A stretch of DNA of 50,968 nt, from NCBI GenBank assembly GCA_049699995.1, contig JBNAWD010000002.1, positions 1-50,968 on the forward strand, written 5' to 3'. The stretch is from Minisyncoccia bacterium. GTDB lineage: Bacteria > Patescibacteriota > Minisyncoccia > UBA6257. Below the pieces are notes generated by a model. It was not told the DNA's origin. It did not search any database and worked only from the letters and a program-made list of their open reading frames with translations. Shown here in pieces: positions 1 to 10,856 of the stretch. The position numbers and the translations under genes were made by a program. Position 1 is the first letter of the stretch. Each line of letters opens with the position of its first letter.

Positions 1-2487
<2,487 letters not shown>

Positions 2488-2526
2488 CCCATCTTTAGAG
2501 AGAAAAGATGGGTTTTAAATTTTTAT

Positions 2527-2540
2527 TTTTTCAAAGAGCT
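2527..2540 (-). promoter_or_regulatory. boxA-like antitermination element in the 23S leader
   Basis: The minus strand reads AGCTCTTTGAAAAA, resembling the rrn boxA core GCTCTTTAACAA. It lies between the predicted promoter and the mature 23S 5' end. Confidence 0.35.
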
Positions 2541-2690
2541 ATACCACTCTTTTCTATCTTTCCTGCCTTTTCTTCTAGATGCGGAATTTAAAACGCTACC
2601 AGAAGTGGTAGCGTTTTAAGATAAGGCAACGATAAAATCGCTACTCACTTCTTTTTCTTTCTTTTACAATTTTTTCTCATAGTAAAAATA

Positions 2691-2718
2691 ATTATAGCAA
2701 CTTTTTTAAAAAAGTCAA
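2691..2718 (-). promoter_or_regulatory. sigma70-type promoter for the 23S rRNA
   Basis: The minus strand reads TTGACT (2718-2713), a 16-nt spacer, then TATAAT (2696-2691), about 200 nt upstream of the 23S 5' end. Confidence 0.5.
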
Positions 2719-2921
2719 GTCCCTAAACCAAACAATCACGGTCCTTAGATTTTTTGAAAAACTTTGTGATGGTAGATGAAGCAAATTGAAGCAAAGCAGA
2801 AATAAAACGAAAGAAATCTTTCTTAGGATTAATTGATAAAAATGAAAATAAATACCGATTGCAATGCCCTTTTCGCAATAAAAATTACCAATAAAACGAT
2901 TCCCGCTTATAACTTAATTAT

Positions 2922-2953
2922 AACTTAAAGGAGCCTTTCGGCTCCTTTAAGTT
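2922..2953 (-). terminator. hairpin terminator after the TM-helix protein gene
   Basis: Perfect 14-bp stem aacttaaaggagcc / ggctcctttaagtt with loop tttc, about 28 nt after the stop at 2981. The U-tract is weak. Confidence 0.5.
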
Positions 2954-2980
2954 AGGCTTCTTATTATTTTTTTACTAAAT

Positions 2981-3661
2981 TTATTTTCTTTCTAAATCTT
3001 CCTTAATTTTCCTTAATAAATCTCGAGCCACTTCTTGACCACCCAAACCAAAAGACAAACCACCAGCTAAAGCAATCATTGCCACAATGCCGGTAAACAA
3101 AGTATTAATGATAGTTGGGGCCACCCTCAATTGAGATAAGGCTGCCAAAATCCCAACTACATAAAATGCCCAACGAGTTAATGAGCTAAGAAATCCTTCA
3201 TATTTTAAACCAGCGCCACTGATAGAAGCTTTTACTAATTTGGCAAAATATTCTCCCAAAACAATGGCTCCTAAAAGAATCAAAACAGCGGCAATAACAT
3301 TGGGTAAATAATTTACTATTTGCCTCAGGAAATCACCAAAAGCAGTTAATCCCCAAATATTACAAGCTGCCACAAGAAAAGCCAAAATGAAAATCCATCT
3401 GACTAATTGTCCTAAGAAATATCCACTGTTTAATTCTATTCCTGCCCTATCAGTTACTTGCTTAAAACCTATTTTCTCCAATAAGGAATCGATTTTCAAA
3501 AAATGAACTATTCTTTCTACCAATAAACCAAAACCCTTTCCCAAAATTAAACCGGCAATAAAAACAATTAATCCAGCAATAAAAGTTGGTAAAAAGCTCC
3601 TAATAGCTTCCCACAAAGAAGAAAGGGCTCCGGCGCTGGCAATACTAATTTCGTTTAACAT
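2981..3661 (-). CDS. membrane protein with repeated conserved-TM-helix units (mechanosensitive-channel-related family)
   Basis: 226-aa ORF with several hydrophobic helices in a repeated pattern (..FLP.FIAGLIVFIAGLILGK.. and ..NVIAAVLILLGAIVLGE..). It has its own promoter and terminator. Confidence 0.7.
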   Translation of the reverse strand: MLNEISIASAGALSSLWEAIRSFLPTFIAGLIVFIAGLILGKGFGLLVERIVHFLKIDSLLEKIGFKQVTDRAGIELNSGYFLGQLVRWIFILAFLVAACNIWGLTAFGDFLRQIVNYLPNVIAAVLILLGAIVLGEYFAKLVKASISGAGLKYEGFLSSLTRWAFYVVGILAALSQLRVAPTIINTLFTGIVAMIALAGGLSFGLGGQEVARDLLRKIKEDLERK

Positions 3662-3725
3662 ATTTGTATTTTTTAATTTTAATTTATTTTTTATTTATTT
3701 AAATTTATTTTTCGACCCTAAATTT

Positions 3726-3754
3726 AGTATAGCCTCTCGTTCTTAAAAAATCAA
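3726..3754 (-). promoter_or_regulatory. sigma70-type promoter for CDS 2981-3661
   Basis: The minus strand reads TTGATT (3754-3749), a 17-nt spacer, then TATACT (3731-3726). Confidence 0.45.
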
Positions 3755-3761
3755 GAGCTAG

Positions 3762-3835
3762 TGGACCGGATCGGATTTGAACCGACAACCTCCCGCGTGC
3801 AAAGCGGGTGCTCTGCCAAATTGAGCTACCGGCCC
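3762..3835 (-). tRNA. tRNA-Ala (anticodon UGC)
   Basis: Folded by hand. Acceptor GGGCCGG/CCGGTCC includes the G3:U70 alanine identity pair. Anticodon stem is cccgc/gcggg with loop tTTGCac. T-loop is TTCAAAT. CCA is not encoded. Confidence 0.93.
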
Positions 3836-3903
3836 TTTTTATAATATCTTAACAAATTTAATTTATAAATCCAAATTTAAATAAATTCATTAAAATCAAA
3901 ATT

Positions 3904-3931
3904 AAAAGAGTCGCCTTTCGGCGACTCTTTT
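3904..3931 (-). terminator. rho-independent terminator after the PurF-like gene
   Basis: Stem aaaagagtcgcc / ggcgactctttt with loop tttc, followed on the minus strand by a T-rich tract, 9 nt after the stop at 3940. Confidence 0.65.
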
Positions 3932-3939
3932 TTATCTCA

Positions 3940-5289
3940 TCATAGACAACAATCAACACAAAGCTGGTCCTTTTGTAAACCAATAGCTAAAATTAAATCT
4001 TCAATAGTGTTATACTCTAAACTCTCGATTTGCAAAAACTTAATTCTCTCTTGGATTGAGGGGATTCGAGAAGCTAAAGTTTCGCCTTTTTTAATCATTT
4101 TTCCCCAAGGACAATGGGAAAGAATTTCGGGATTAGAAATGCGAAAATGAATCTCTTTAAACCCAACTTTTCTTAATTTAGGAACTAAATTGTTTTGAAT
4201 TTGAGTGCCCCGGACAATTGAATCATCACAAACAACCACCCTTTTTCCTTGATAATTTTCTCCAGATTCTAAAAGTTTAATTTTTGCTTCCCTATCTCTG
4301 GCTTCTTGGTCCTGAGGAATAAAACTTCGACCAGCATAAGGATATTTTAATAAAGTTTCGTCATAAAGAGGAATTTTCTTGATTTTTCCTTCTTCCATTT
4401 GCCGACAAAATTCTTGATGATAACCAATGGCGTGAAAACGACCAGAATCAGGAACCGGAATAACAATATCAGGAATAAACCCTTTTTCAATATCTCTTTT
4501 TGCCAAAGCAGCTCCCAATTTTTTCCGCACTAAGGAGACGGAAATACCCTCAATTATTTCATTGGGAAAAGCGGTATAAACCCAAAGAAAGCTACAAATC
4601 TGAACCTTATTGCTATTTATTATCTCTTTTGTTTTGTAAGAACCATCTTTCAACAGAATAATTTCCCCAGGCCTTAAGTTTCGATCAATCTCAAAACCAC
4701 AATTGTGAAAACCTGCCGAACCAGAAGAAACTGCTATTGCTCCTTCTTTTTTCCCTATAATTAATGGCCAATGACCATCTGGCGAACGCACAGCGTAAAT
4801 GCCTTCATCAGTTAAAATTAAAAGAGAAAAAGCGCCCTGAACTTTTTTAACCATCTTTTTAATTCCGTCCATTATATTCTCTCCTTGAGCTATTAATCTG
4901 GCTATAATTTCAATATCATCACCGCGCTCAAAAATATGACCGAAACTTTTTAATTCTTCCTGTAATTGCGCTCTATTAATAATATTGCCTGAAAAACAAA
5001 GAGAAAAAGTGCCAATTCTGGCATCAGCAAAAAACGGTTCCCGATAGGATCCACAATAACCAATTCCTTCTATTCCTTCCAAGCCAATAAGGTCCCGACT
5101 CATATTTTGGCGGACTAATCCTCGATGAATTCTTAATTTAATCTGCCCTTTTCTTTCTAAACAAAAAGTTGAAATTCCGGCATAATCTTCGCCTAAATGC
5201 TGTTGATAAAATATTCCCCAAAAAAGATCTTCCAAAAAATTCCCTTTATATGTTTTAGGATTCACACTTAAAGCAAAGAGTCCAGCCAT
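3940..5289 (-). CDS. amidophosphoribosyltransferase (PurF)-like protein with a degenerate glutaminase domain
   Basis: PRPP-binding motif VVVCDDSIVRGTQ. Overall Ntn-amidotransferase plus PRTase layout, with a C-terminal Cys cluster (CVDCC). I place the start at the ATG at 5289, which has AAGGAGG 6 nt upstream. The longer ORF in the supplied track (to 5349) would run over the predicted promoter. Confidence 0.75.
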   Translation of the reverse strand: MAGLFALSVNPKTYKGNFLEDLFWGIFYQQHLGEDYAGISTFCLERKGQIKLRIHRGLVRQNMSRDLIGLEGIEGIGYCGSYREPFFADARIGTFSLCFSGNIINRAQLQEELKSFGHIFERGDDIEIIARLIAQGENIMDGIKKMVKKVQGAFSLLILTDEGIYAVRSPDGHWPLIIGKKEGAIAVSSGSAGFHNCGFEIDRNLRPGEIILLKDGSYKTKEIINSNKVQICSFLWVYTAFPNEIIEGISVSLVRKKLGAALAKRDIEKGFIPDIVIPVPDSGRFHAIGYHQEFCRQMEEGKIKKIPLYDETLLKYPYAGRSFIPQDQEARDREAKIKLLESGENYQGKRVVVCDDSIVRGTQIQNNLVPKLRKVGFKEIHFRISNPEILSHCPWGKMIKKGETLASRIPSIQERIKFLQIESLEYNTIEDLILAIGLQKDQLCVDCCL

Positions 5290-5328
5290 CGTTTCGCCTC
5301 CTTTAAAAATTTTCAAAGTTCTATTTTC

Positions 5329-5357
5329 ACAATATAAAAAAATATTCAAAAAGTCAA
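5329..5357 (-). promoter_or_regulatory. candidate promoter for the PurF-like gene
   Basis: The minus strand reads TTGACT (5357-5352), a 17-nt spacer, then TATTGT (5334-5329). Confidence 0.3.
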
Positions 5358-5421
5358 AAACCTAATGATAATTATAAAGATGATAAAATTGAAAGATATT
5401 TCAATATAGTTATTTCTGCCA

Positions 5422-5451
5422 TTGATTTTTAGTTTTAAAAAATTGTATAAT
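5422..5451 (+). promoter_or_regulatory. candidate promoter for the SPFH gene
   Basis: TTGATT (5422-5427), an 18-nt spacer ending in TG, then TATAAT (5446-5451). Confidence 0.4.
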
Positions 5452-5532
5452 ATAATAAAGATTGGTCGAGTCAGAAATAATTAAAAATTTTAGATTTAAT
5501 TAATAAAAAATAATTTTTAATCCACTAAATAT

Positions 5533-6297
5533 ATGGGAATAATTTTAACTTGGCTAATCGCAATTTTTGGATTACTTATCCTCGAGGGGGTGAGAGTTGT
5601 TAATCAATATGAACGTGGTGTTGTCCTTACTCTCGGAAAATATACGAGCACAAGGCAACCGGGTTTAACTTGGATTTTAATTGGTTTTCAAAGGATGATA
5701 AAGGTTGATATGCGAATTACAACTACTGATATTCCCCAGCAAGAAGTCATTACCAAAGATAATGTACCCGTGGGAATTAATGCAGTAGTATATTATCAAG
5801 TTCAATCAGCAGAAAAAGCAATATTAAATATTAAAGATTACGCGCTCGCTGTCTCACAATACGCTCAGGCTGCCCTTCGTGATGTTATCGGAGGAATCGA
5901 GCTTGATCCTTTACTCTCGGAAAGAGAAAGAATCGCAGAAGAAATCCAAAAAGTTGTCAGCGCTGCCACTGAAGCCTGGGGAATATTGGTCACTGATATA
6001 AAAATACAAGATATTGAACTTCCTGCCGATATGAAGCGAGTTATGGCCAAACAAGCAGAGTCAGAACGAGAGCGACGCGCTATTATCATCAGATCAGAAG
6101 GAGAATTCCAAGCTGCTAAACGTTTAGCTGAGGCGGCTCAAATTCTTAGCTCAGTACCCGGCGGTATTTCAATGAGAACTTTACAGACAATAGAAAAAAT
6201 AAATCCAGATCCATCAAAGACCGTAATTTTCGCTTTACCAGTAGAAGTTTTTGAAGGAATAAAAGCAATTGCCCAAATAGGAAAATCAAAGCAATAA
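5533..6297 (+). CDS. SPFH/band-7 (stomatin/prohibitin-like) membrane protein
   Basis: N-terminal TM helix, then the family pattern VVNQYERGVVLTLGKY..PGL..I..V..VDMR, followed by a coiled-coil tail. Confidence 0.85.
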   Translation: MGIILTWLIAIFGLLILEGVRVVNQYERGVVLTLGKYTSTRQPGLTWILIGFQRMIKVDMRITTTDIPQQEVITKDNVPVGINAVVYYQVQSAEKAILNIKDYALAVSQYAQAALRDVIGGIELDPLLSERERIAEEIQKVVSAATEAWGILVTDIKIQDIELPADMKRVMAKQAESERERRAIIIRSEGEFQAAKRLAEAAQILSSVPGGISMRTLQTIEKINPDPSKTVIFALPVEVFEGIKAIAQIGKSKQ

Positions 6298-6304
6298 AAA
6301 ATTT

Positions 6305-7297
6305 TTATTTTATTTCTTTTAGAAAAGCTTCAGCTAATTGAGCAGTTTCAGTTGTTGGTTGATAAAAATTTTTCCAAACAACAACAATATCGGCATCATT
6401 AAAAATTGCTCGTTGAACTTCTCTGATAGTATCTCCCCCCGCCACTGCAACTAATATGTCATAGGCGCCTTTAATTTGTTTAATCTGATAATAAGGAATC
6501 TGTTTTTCTTTCGAAAATTCGGTCTCATCAACTCCCCTATGTAAAATTACTACATCGGGGAGTTTTTTTAATCTCTTTAAAACAGCAAGAGGATTTTCCA
6601 CGTTCATCATATCAACCATTGAATCAATATTAAATTTTTGGCATTCTTCTATGAATCTATCAATTGTTTCAATGGGTGCCACTCCAAGACAAGTTGCTGC
6701 ATTGGCGCCGGCATTAGCCATCATTTCAACTTCACGTCTGGCTAAATCCGCGCATTTATTATCTGCGACTATGTAGGTCCCAGCGGGAACTATTGTTTTT
6801 ATTTGTGATATAGCTTCTGTACCATATATCTTTATTAAAGGTGTTCCTACTTCAATTAAAATTCTATCCGAATTTGGCAGTTGTAAAATTATTTCTTTTG
6901 TCTCTTCAAGGGTACTGTTTAAAGCAATATGAAGATATTTTTTTCTTTTCTCTAACCTCCTTTTTGCCTCTTTGGGTAAGACAGTAAGAATTTCTCTCGA
7001 TGGAGTTAATTTAGTGGAAATTAATTTAGTGGAAATTTGATCTTCTAAAATTAATTGGTCGTTTTTAATTAGACCATTTTCCAATTTGCTTTCGATTAAA
7101 TAATTTAAAAAATAAGAGGCCAGGGTTTTAGCATTCTTTTTATTGAAGAAAAAAGCTATTAGCGCTATTCCAATAATTGCTAAAATAATTCCTAAAATTA
7201 GGTTTATGAGAAAAGCAATATAAAAAGCAATAATAAATATTATAATAATTAAATCAATTTTTTGAAAATCAGGTTGTTTAATTTTTTGATTTGCCAT
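6305..7297 (-). CDS. 3-hexulose-6-phosphate synthase / OMP-decarboxylase-superfamily paralogue with an N-terminal membrane anchor
   Basis: C-terminal ~220 aa carry IEVGTPLIK, ADNKCAD, HRGVDE and VAGG, resembling HPS motifs (IELGTPLIK, ADxKTMDAG, HxGxDxQ, SVAGG). The N-terminal ~50 aa are strongly hydrophobic. Confidence 0.7.
   Translation of the reverse strand: MANQKIKQPDFQKIDLIIIIFIIAFYIAFLINLILGIILAIIGIALIAFFFNKKNAKTLASYFLNYLIESKLENGLIKNDQLILEDQISTKLISTKLTPSREILTVLPKEAKRRLEKRKKYLHIALNSTLEETKEIILQLPNSDRILIEVGTPLIKIYGTEAISQIKTIVPAGTYIVADNKCADLARREVEMMANAGANAATCLGVAPIETIDRFIEECQKFNIDSMVDMMNVENPLAVLKRLKKLPDVVILHRGVDETEFSKEKQIPYYQIKQIKGAYDILVAVAGGDTIREVQRAIFNDADIVVVWKNFYQPTTETAQLAEAFLKEIK
7006..7035. 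repeat. perfect 15-bp tandem duplication inside CDS 6305-7297
   Basis: ttaatttagtggaaa occurs twice back to back, in frame, giving ISTKL-ISTKL in the linker. Confidence 0.95.
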
Positions 7298-7300
7298 AAT

Positions 7301-8002
7301 TTATTTAATCAATTTCAAAAATGCCTTCGCTAAATTAGCTGTATTTTTTGGATCCTCATAAAAAGAGCGCCAAATAACCGCAATATCAGCGTCATTAAAG
7401 AAAGTCCTGATAACATCGCGAGGCGTTTCTCCTCCGGCAACTGATATTAAAACATTACCATAAGTACCTTTTATTCGATGAATTTGATCATGGGGAATTT
7501 GTTTCTCTTTATTTTCTTCATTTTCATCTACCCCTCGATGTAAAACAACTACTTTCGGAAGTTTTCTTAATTTTTGTAAAATTTCAAACGGAAATTCTAC
7601 ATTCATCATGTCAATCATTGAATCAATTCCTGCTTTTTCGCAATCTTCGATAAATGCATTTATCGTTTCTATAGGGGCTAAACCAAGGCAGGTCGCCGCC
7701 GAAGCGCCAGCTTTAGCAGCCAGCTCCACTTCTCGCGAGCCTCTATCCATACATTTTAAGTCAGCAACAATATAACCCGGTTTTTTTATTTTATTGCTCC
7801 ACCAGCTTTTTAACATTCTAATGCCTCTTTGCCCATATCTTTTTATTAAAGGAGTTCCCGCTTCAATAATAATTTTCTCTGAAGCGGGAAGCATGGCAAT
7901 CATTTCTTGAACTTTTTCTAGAGAACGATTAAAAGCAATTTGGAGATATTTTGATTTTCGATTTAACATAAAATAGCTGATAATTACAATTATTATATCC
8001 AA
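7301..8002 (-). CDS. 3-hexulose-6-phosphate synthase-like paralogue (soluble form)
   Basis: Motifs IEAGTPLIK, ADLKCMDRG, HRGVDEN and SVAGG. Roughly 55-60% identical by eye to the downstream paralogue. The stop is 3 nt before the next start. The start is uncertain (ATG at 8002 or 7969). Confidence 0.75.
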   Translation of the reverse strand: MDIIIVIISYFMLNRKSKYLQIAFNRSLEKVQEMIAMLPASEKIIIEAGTPLIKRYGQRGIRMLKSWWSNKIKKPGYIVADLKCMDRGSREVELAAKAGASAATCLGLAPIETINAFIEDCEKAGIDSMIDMMNVEFPFEILQKLRKLPKVVVLHRGVDENEENKEKQIPHDQIHRIKGTYGNVLISVAGGETPRDVIRTFFNDADIAVIWRSFYEDPKNTANLAKAFLKLIK

Positions 8003-8133
8003 TTTCTGGAAAAATGAATAGTGACTTGCCCAAGATTTTAAAATCCTACTTTTATTTCTTTAAAATTTTTTAATAAAATAAGCGGAAAAATAAATAAAGC
8101 GGATTTATACCGCCTAAATAAAAAAAGAAATTT

Positions 8134-8208
8134 TGGTGGGTAGCGCAGGAATCGAACCTGCGACCTCTGTCTTATCAGGACAGCGTTCTACCACTGAACT
8201 AGCTACCC
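8134..8208 (-). tRNA. tRNA-Ile (anticodon GAU), CCA encoded
   Basis: Folded by hand. Acceptor GGGTAGC/GCTACCC, anticodon stem ctgtc/gacag with loop cTGATaa, T-loop TTCGATT, 3' ACCA. Confidence 0.93.
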
Positions 8209-8418
8209 TTAATGTTCTTGGAATAAAATTTTTTCTGCTTCTAATAATTTAAAATGTAAATTGCTTTCCCTTGGTTTTTCTCTCAAAGAAAAATCTCCTA
8301 CTGTTTTTAAAATAAATCGGATAAGAAATAAAGTAGAAGCGCTTAAAATTACTAAAGACAAAATAATTAAAAACAAAAATATTTTCTCTATTTTTTGTTG
8401 CTGGTTTTTAAAAGACAT
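8209..8418 (-). CDS. hypothetical small single-pass membrane protein
   Basis: 69-aa ORF with one clear TM helix. Its stop codon abuts the first tRNA-Ile nucleotide. There is no homology evidence. Confidence 0.3.
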   Translation of the reverse strand: MSFKNQQQKIEKIFLFLIILSLVILSASTLFLIRFILKTVGDFSLREKPRESNLHFKLLEAEKILFQEH

Positions 8419-8456
8419 ATTATTTTATCAAATTTTTAATCTTTTTTCAATAAAAA

Positions 8457-9005
8457 TTAACGAATATAAACTCGACCCAAAGCTTTTAATTCTATCTGAT
8501 CTTTATTTTGTTCAGAAGAAATTGGCCTAAATTCTATCTGTTCTAATCGGATAGCCGGAGTAATATCTTGGAAAGATTTCAAACATTTTAAGACTTCTGC
8601 CTGAGGACCAGTAAAAGTTAAACTATAATTATAACTTTTTGGCTCATTAGAAAGAGTATTTAACGAACCAAAACGAAAATCAAGATTAACTGAGCATTGA
8701 TTTTTTAAATTTTTTATTTTTTCTTCCAGCTGAATTAAATCTTTCTCTGCGGGCAGAACTTCTAAAAGTTTTTTATAATAATCTTCTGCCTTTTTCCATT
8801 CCGCCTCTAAGGTTTCGACTCGAGTTAAAGCCATTTCTTGGTTATAAATTTCCTGTTTAATTGTTTTATTTTTTCCAATCTGTTTTTGAATGTCTTTAAA
8901 TATAAAAAAAATAAGAATAACTAATATCCCTATTATTAATAAGTGCCACCAAATCGTTGAAAAAATTTTTTTTACCAATTCTTTAGTTTTCATGATCTTT
9001 TTCAA
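8457..9005 (-). CDS. hypothetical protein with PilO-like architecture
   Basis: TM helix, then coiled coil, then a C-terminal alpha/beta domain. It shares the ..LP.E.D.. pattern with the pilO-like gene at 36996-37586. Confidence 0.5.
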   Translation of the reverse strand: MKKIMKTKELVKKIFSTIWWHLLIIGILVILIFFIFKDIQKQIGKNKTIKQEIYNQEMALTRVETLEAEWKKAEDYYKKLLEVLPAEKDLIQLEEKIKNLKNQCSVNLDFRFGSLNTLSNEPKSYNYSLTFTGPQAEVLKCLKSFQDITPAIRLEQIEFRPISSEQNKDQIELKALGRVYIR

Positions 9006-10050
9006 AATTATCCTCCGGAGGATTTAAAGATAATATTTCGGTTTCTAATTTTTTACCGGTAATTTTATAAATATCCTTATCTATTTTAACAAATTCTTTC
9101 GAGGCCTGATTGTACATTGAAACAGTTGTTGATAAGTGATTGCCCAATTTTTTCATATAAGTTTCATAACCAGCTAAATGTTTTAAAAGGTCTTCCACTT
9201 TTTTTTGAATTAGTTTTGCCGATTCCTCTATTTCCAAAGCTTTTAAGCCCTGCAAAACGGTTTGCAAATAAGCCAGAAAAGTTGTGGGTGAAACGATCAT
9301 TACCCTTTTTTCACCCGCAGCATATTGAATTAAATCTCTAGTATTAGATTTTATAGTGCCAATTTTATTAATTAACAAATCATAATAAACAGCTTCAGAA
9401 GGAATAAACATAAACGCAAAATCAGTAGTTTTCTCTTCGGGTTTTATATATTTTGAGGTTTCTTCAATCCTATTTTTTAAATCATTTTTAAAGGCTTCTT
9501 CCCATTTTTTCTTTAATTCCGAATTTTCTTCTTCTATTAAACGATTATAATTTTCTAAACTAAACTTTGAATCAATGGGAATAATTTTATCTTTGACAAA
9601 AATAACCGCGTCCACTTTCGTTCCATCTTTAAACTCATACTGCATTTGATAAACATGGGGCGGTAAAACATTTTTCAACACTGTCTCTAAATAATACTCT
9701 CCCAAAACCCCTCTCTGCTTAGGATTTTGTAAAATATTTTGCAATTGTTTCAATTGTTGAGCAAAATCAACCACTTGGCGAGAGGTACCCTCAAAACGAG
9801 CTAAAGCGGAAGCTATTTCTACTTTCAATTTCGCGCTTTCTTTTAATTGGTCTTTAATCGTTTCTTGAATGACTCTATTCGACTCATCTAAACGAGAATC
9901 CAAAGTTTTTTTAATTTCTTGAATTTCATTTTGAATTAATAAAAAGGGATCTGTTTTAAAAGAACTTTTTCTAACAACAAAAAGATAAATCAGAATTCCT
10001 ATAAAAAAAACTATTCCAATTGTCGCCAAAAAAAGCAAAATTAAATTCAT
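8983..10050 (-). CDS. rmuC: DNA recombination protein RmuC
   Basis: N-terminal TM helix, long coiled coil, and a C-terminal nuclease-like core with D..I......IPIDSKF and F..MFIPSE motifs. Confidence 0.85.
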   Translation of the reverse strand: MNLILLFLATIGIVFFIGILIYLFVVRKSSFKTDPFLLIQNEIQEIKKTLDSRLDESNRVIQETIKDQLKESAKLKVEIASALARFEGTSRQVVDFAQQLKQLQNILQNPKQRGVLGEYYLETVLKNVLPPHVYQMQYEFKDGTKVDAVIFVKDKIIPIDSKFSLENYNRLIEEENSELKKKWEEAFKNDLKNRIEETSKYIKPEEKTTDFAFMFIPSEAVYYDLLINKIGTIKSNTRDLIQYAAGEKRVMIVSPTTFLAYLQTVLQGLKALEIEESAKLIQKKVEDLLKHLAGYETYMKKLGNHLSTTVSMYNQASKEFVKIDKDIYKITGKKLETEILSLNPPEDNFEKDHEN

Positions 10051-10053
10051 AAA

Positions 10054-10803
10054 TTATTGTGTTAATTCTAATTCCACTTCTTCTTTCTGGTCTTTTTGTT
10101 TTTTAATAAAAAAGTAAAAGTGATAGCAAAAAATTAAATTAAAAGGAGTTAAAAAAACAAAATTAAATAGAATGCTTATTAACGAAGAAAATTTTAATTG
10201 GCTATTGCCAAAAATTTTAACATTGCAACAGCTTTTATCAATAAAATAAATTATCAATCCCAATACTAAAGATATCAAGAATACAAATAAAGAAAGAAGA
10301 AGAAGTGTCCCAAAAATAGTCCACCACTTGCCTTTTACTAATCGCCAACTTTCTTTCAAAGACTGCCCAATTGTTAAATCCTCGTCAACAAAAGCATAAA
10401 TAGCAAAGAAAAGATAAATAGCTAAAATAATGGCCGGAACAATCAAAGCCAACAATCCTAAAAAAATTATTAGGCCAATTAATATTTTAAAAAAGAAATA
10501 GGAAAAAACTTTGCCAAAAGATTCCAAAAAAATTTCCTTTAAAGAAGAATTCGGCAATTTGACTAGATTCAAAATCAAAAGTTCAAATAATGAGCTGGTC
10601 AATAATATCCAAAGGAAAGTAAAAAAGTAGCCGAAAATTATAGAAGGGTTTTTGTTAAACAAAGAAAAAGAAGAAAAAACTGGAGAAATGTAAACAGAAA
10701 TTAAATACCAATTGAGAAAAAAAATAAAACCGAAAAGAAGTATTTCTTTAATTTTCTCTTTATAAAATTGAAAAGAGTGAGAAAGAATTGAAGAAAAATC
10801 CAT
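10054..10803 (-). CDS. polytopic membrane protein (DUF975/YciC-like pattern)
   Basis: 249 aa with about 6 TM helices and a central loop ..GQSLKESWRLVKGKWW.. typical of this family. Confidence 0.55.
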   Translation of the reverse strand: MDFSSILSHSFQFYKEKIKEILLFGFIFFLNWYLISVYISPVFSSFSLFNKNPSIIFGYFFTFLWILLTSSLFELLILNLVKLPNSSLKEIFLESFGKVFSYFFFKILIGLIIFLGLLALIVPAIILAIYLFFAIYAFVDEDLTIGQSLKESWRLVKGKWWTIFGTLLLLSLFVFLISLVLGLIIYFIDKSCCNVKIFGNSQLKFSSLISILFNFVFLTPFNLIFCYHFYFFIKKQKDQKEEVELELTQ

Positions 10804-10856
10804 ATTTTTAAATAAAAGATTATTTTCTATTATTTTACCATTCTAATTTTGCTCTT

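Noticed and set aside
2588-2619. 14-bp hairpin upstream of 23S considered as a terminator
   Set aside because: No U-run follows it on either strand, and it lies downstream of the predicted 23S promoter. It is more likely leader structure.
5290-5349. 20-codon N-terminal extension of the PurF-like ORF in the supplied track
   Set aside because: The ATG at 5289 has a consensus AAGGAGG at ideal spacing. The extension would cover the predicted promoter and has no SD.
8261-8530. 89-aa plus-strand ORF
   Set aside because: It overlaps two minus-strand ORFs that fit the local operon direction. It has no start signal and a low-complexity product. Coding on either strand here remains uncertain.
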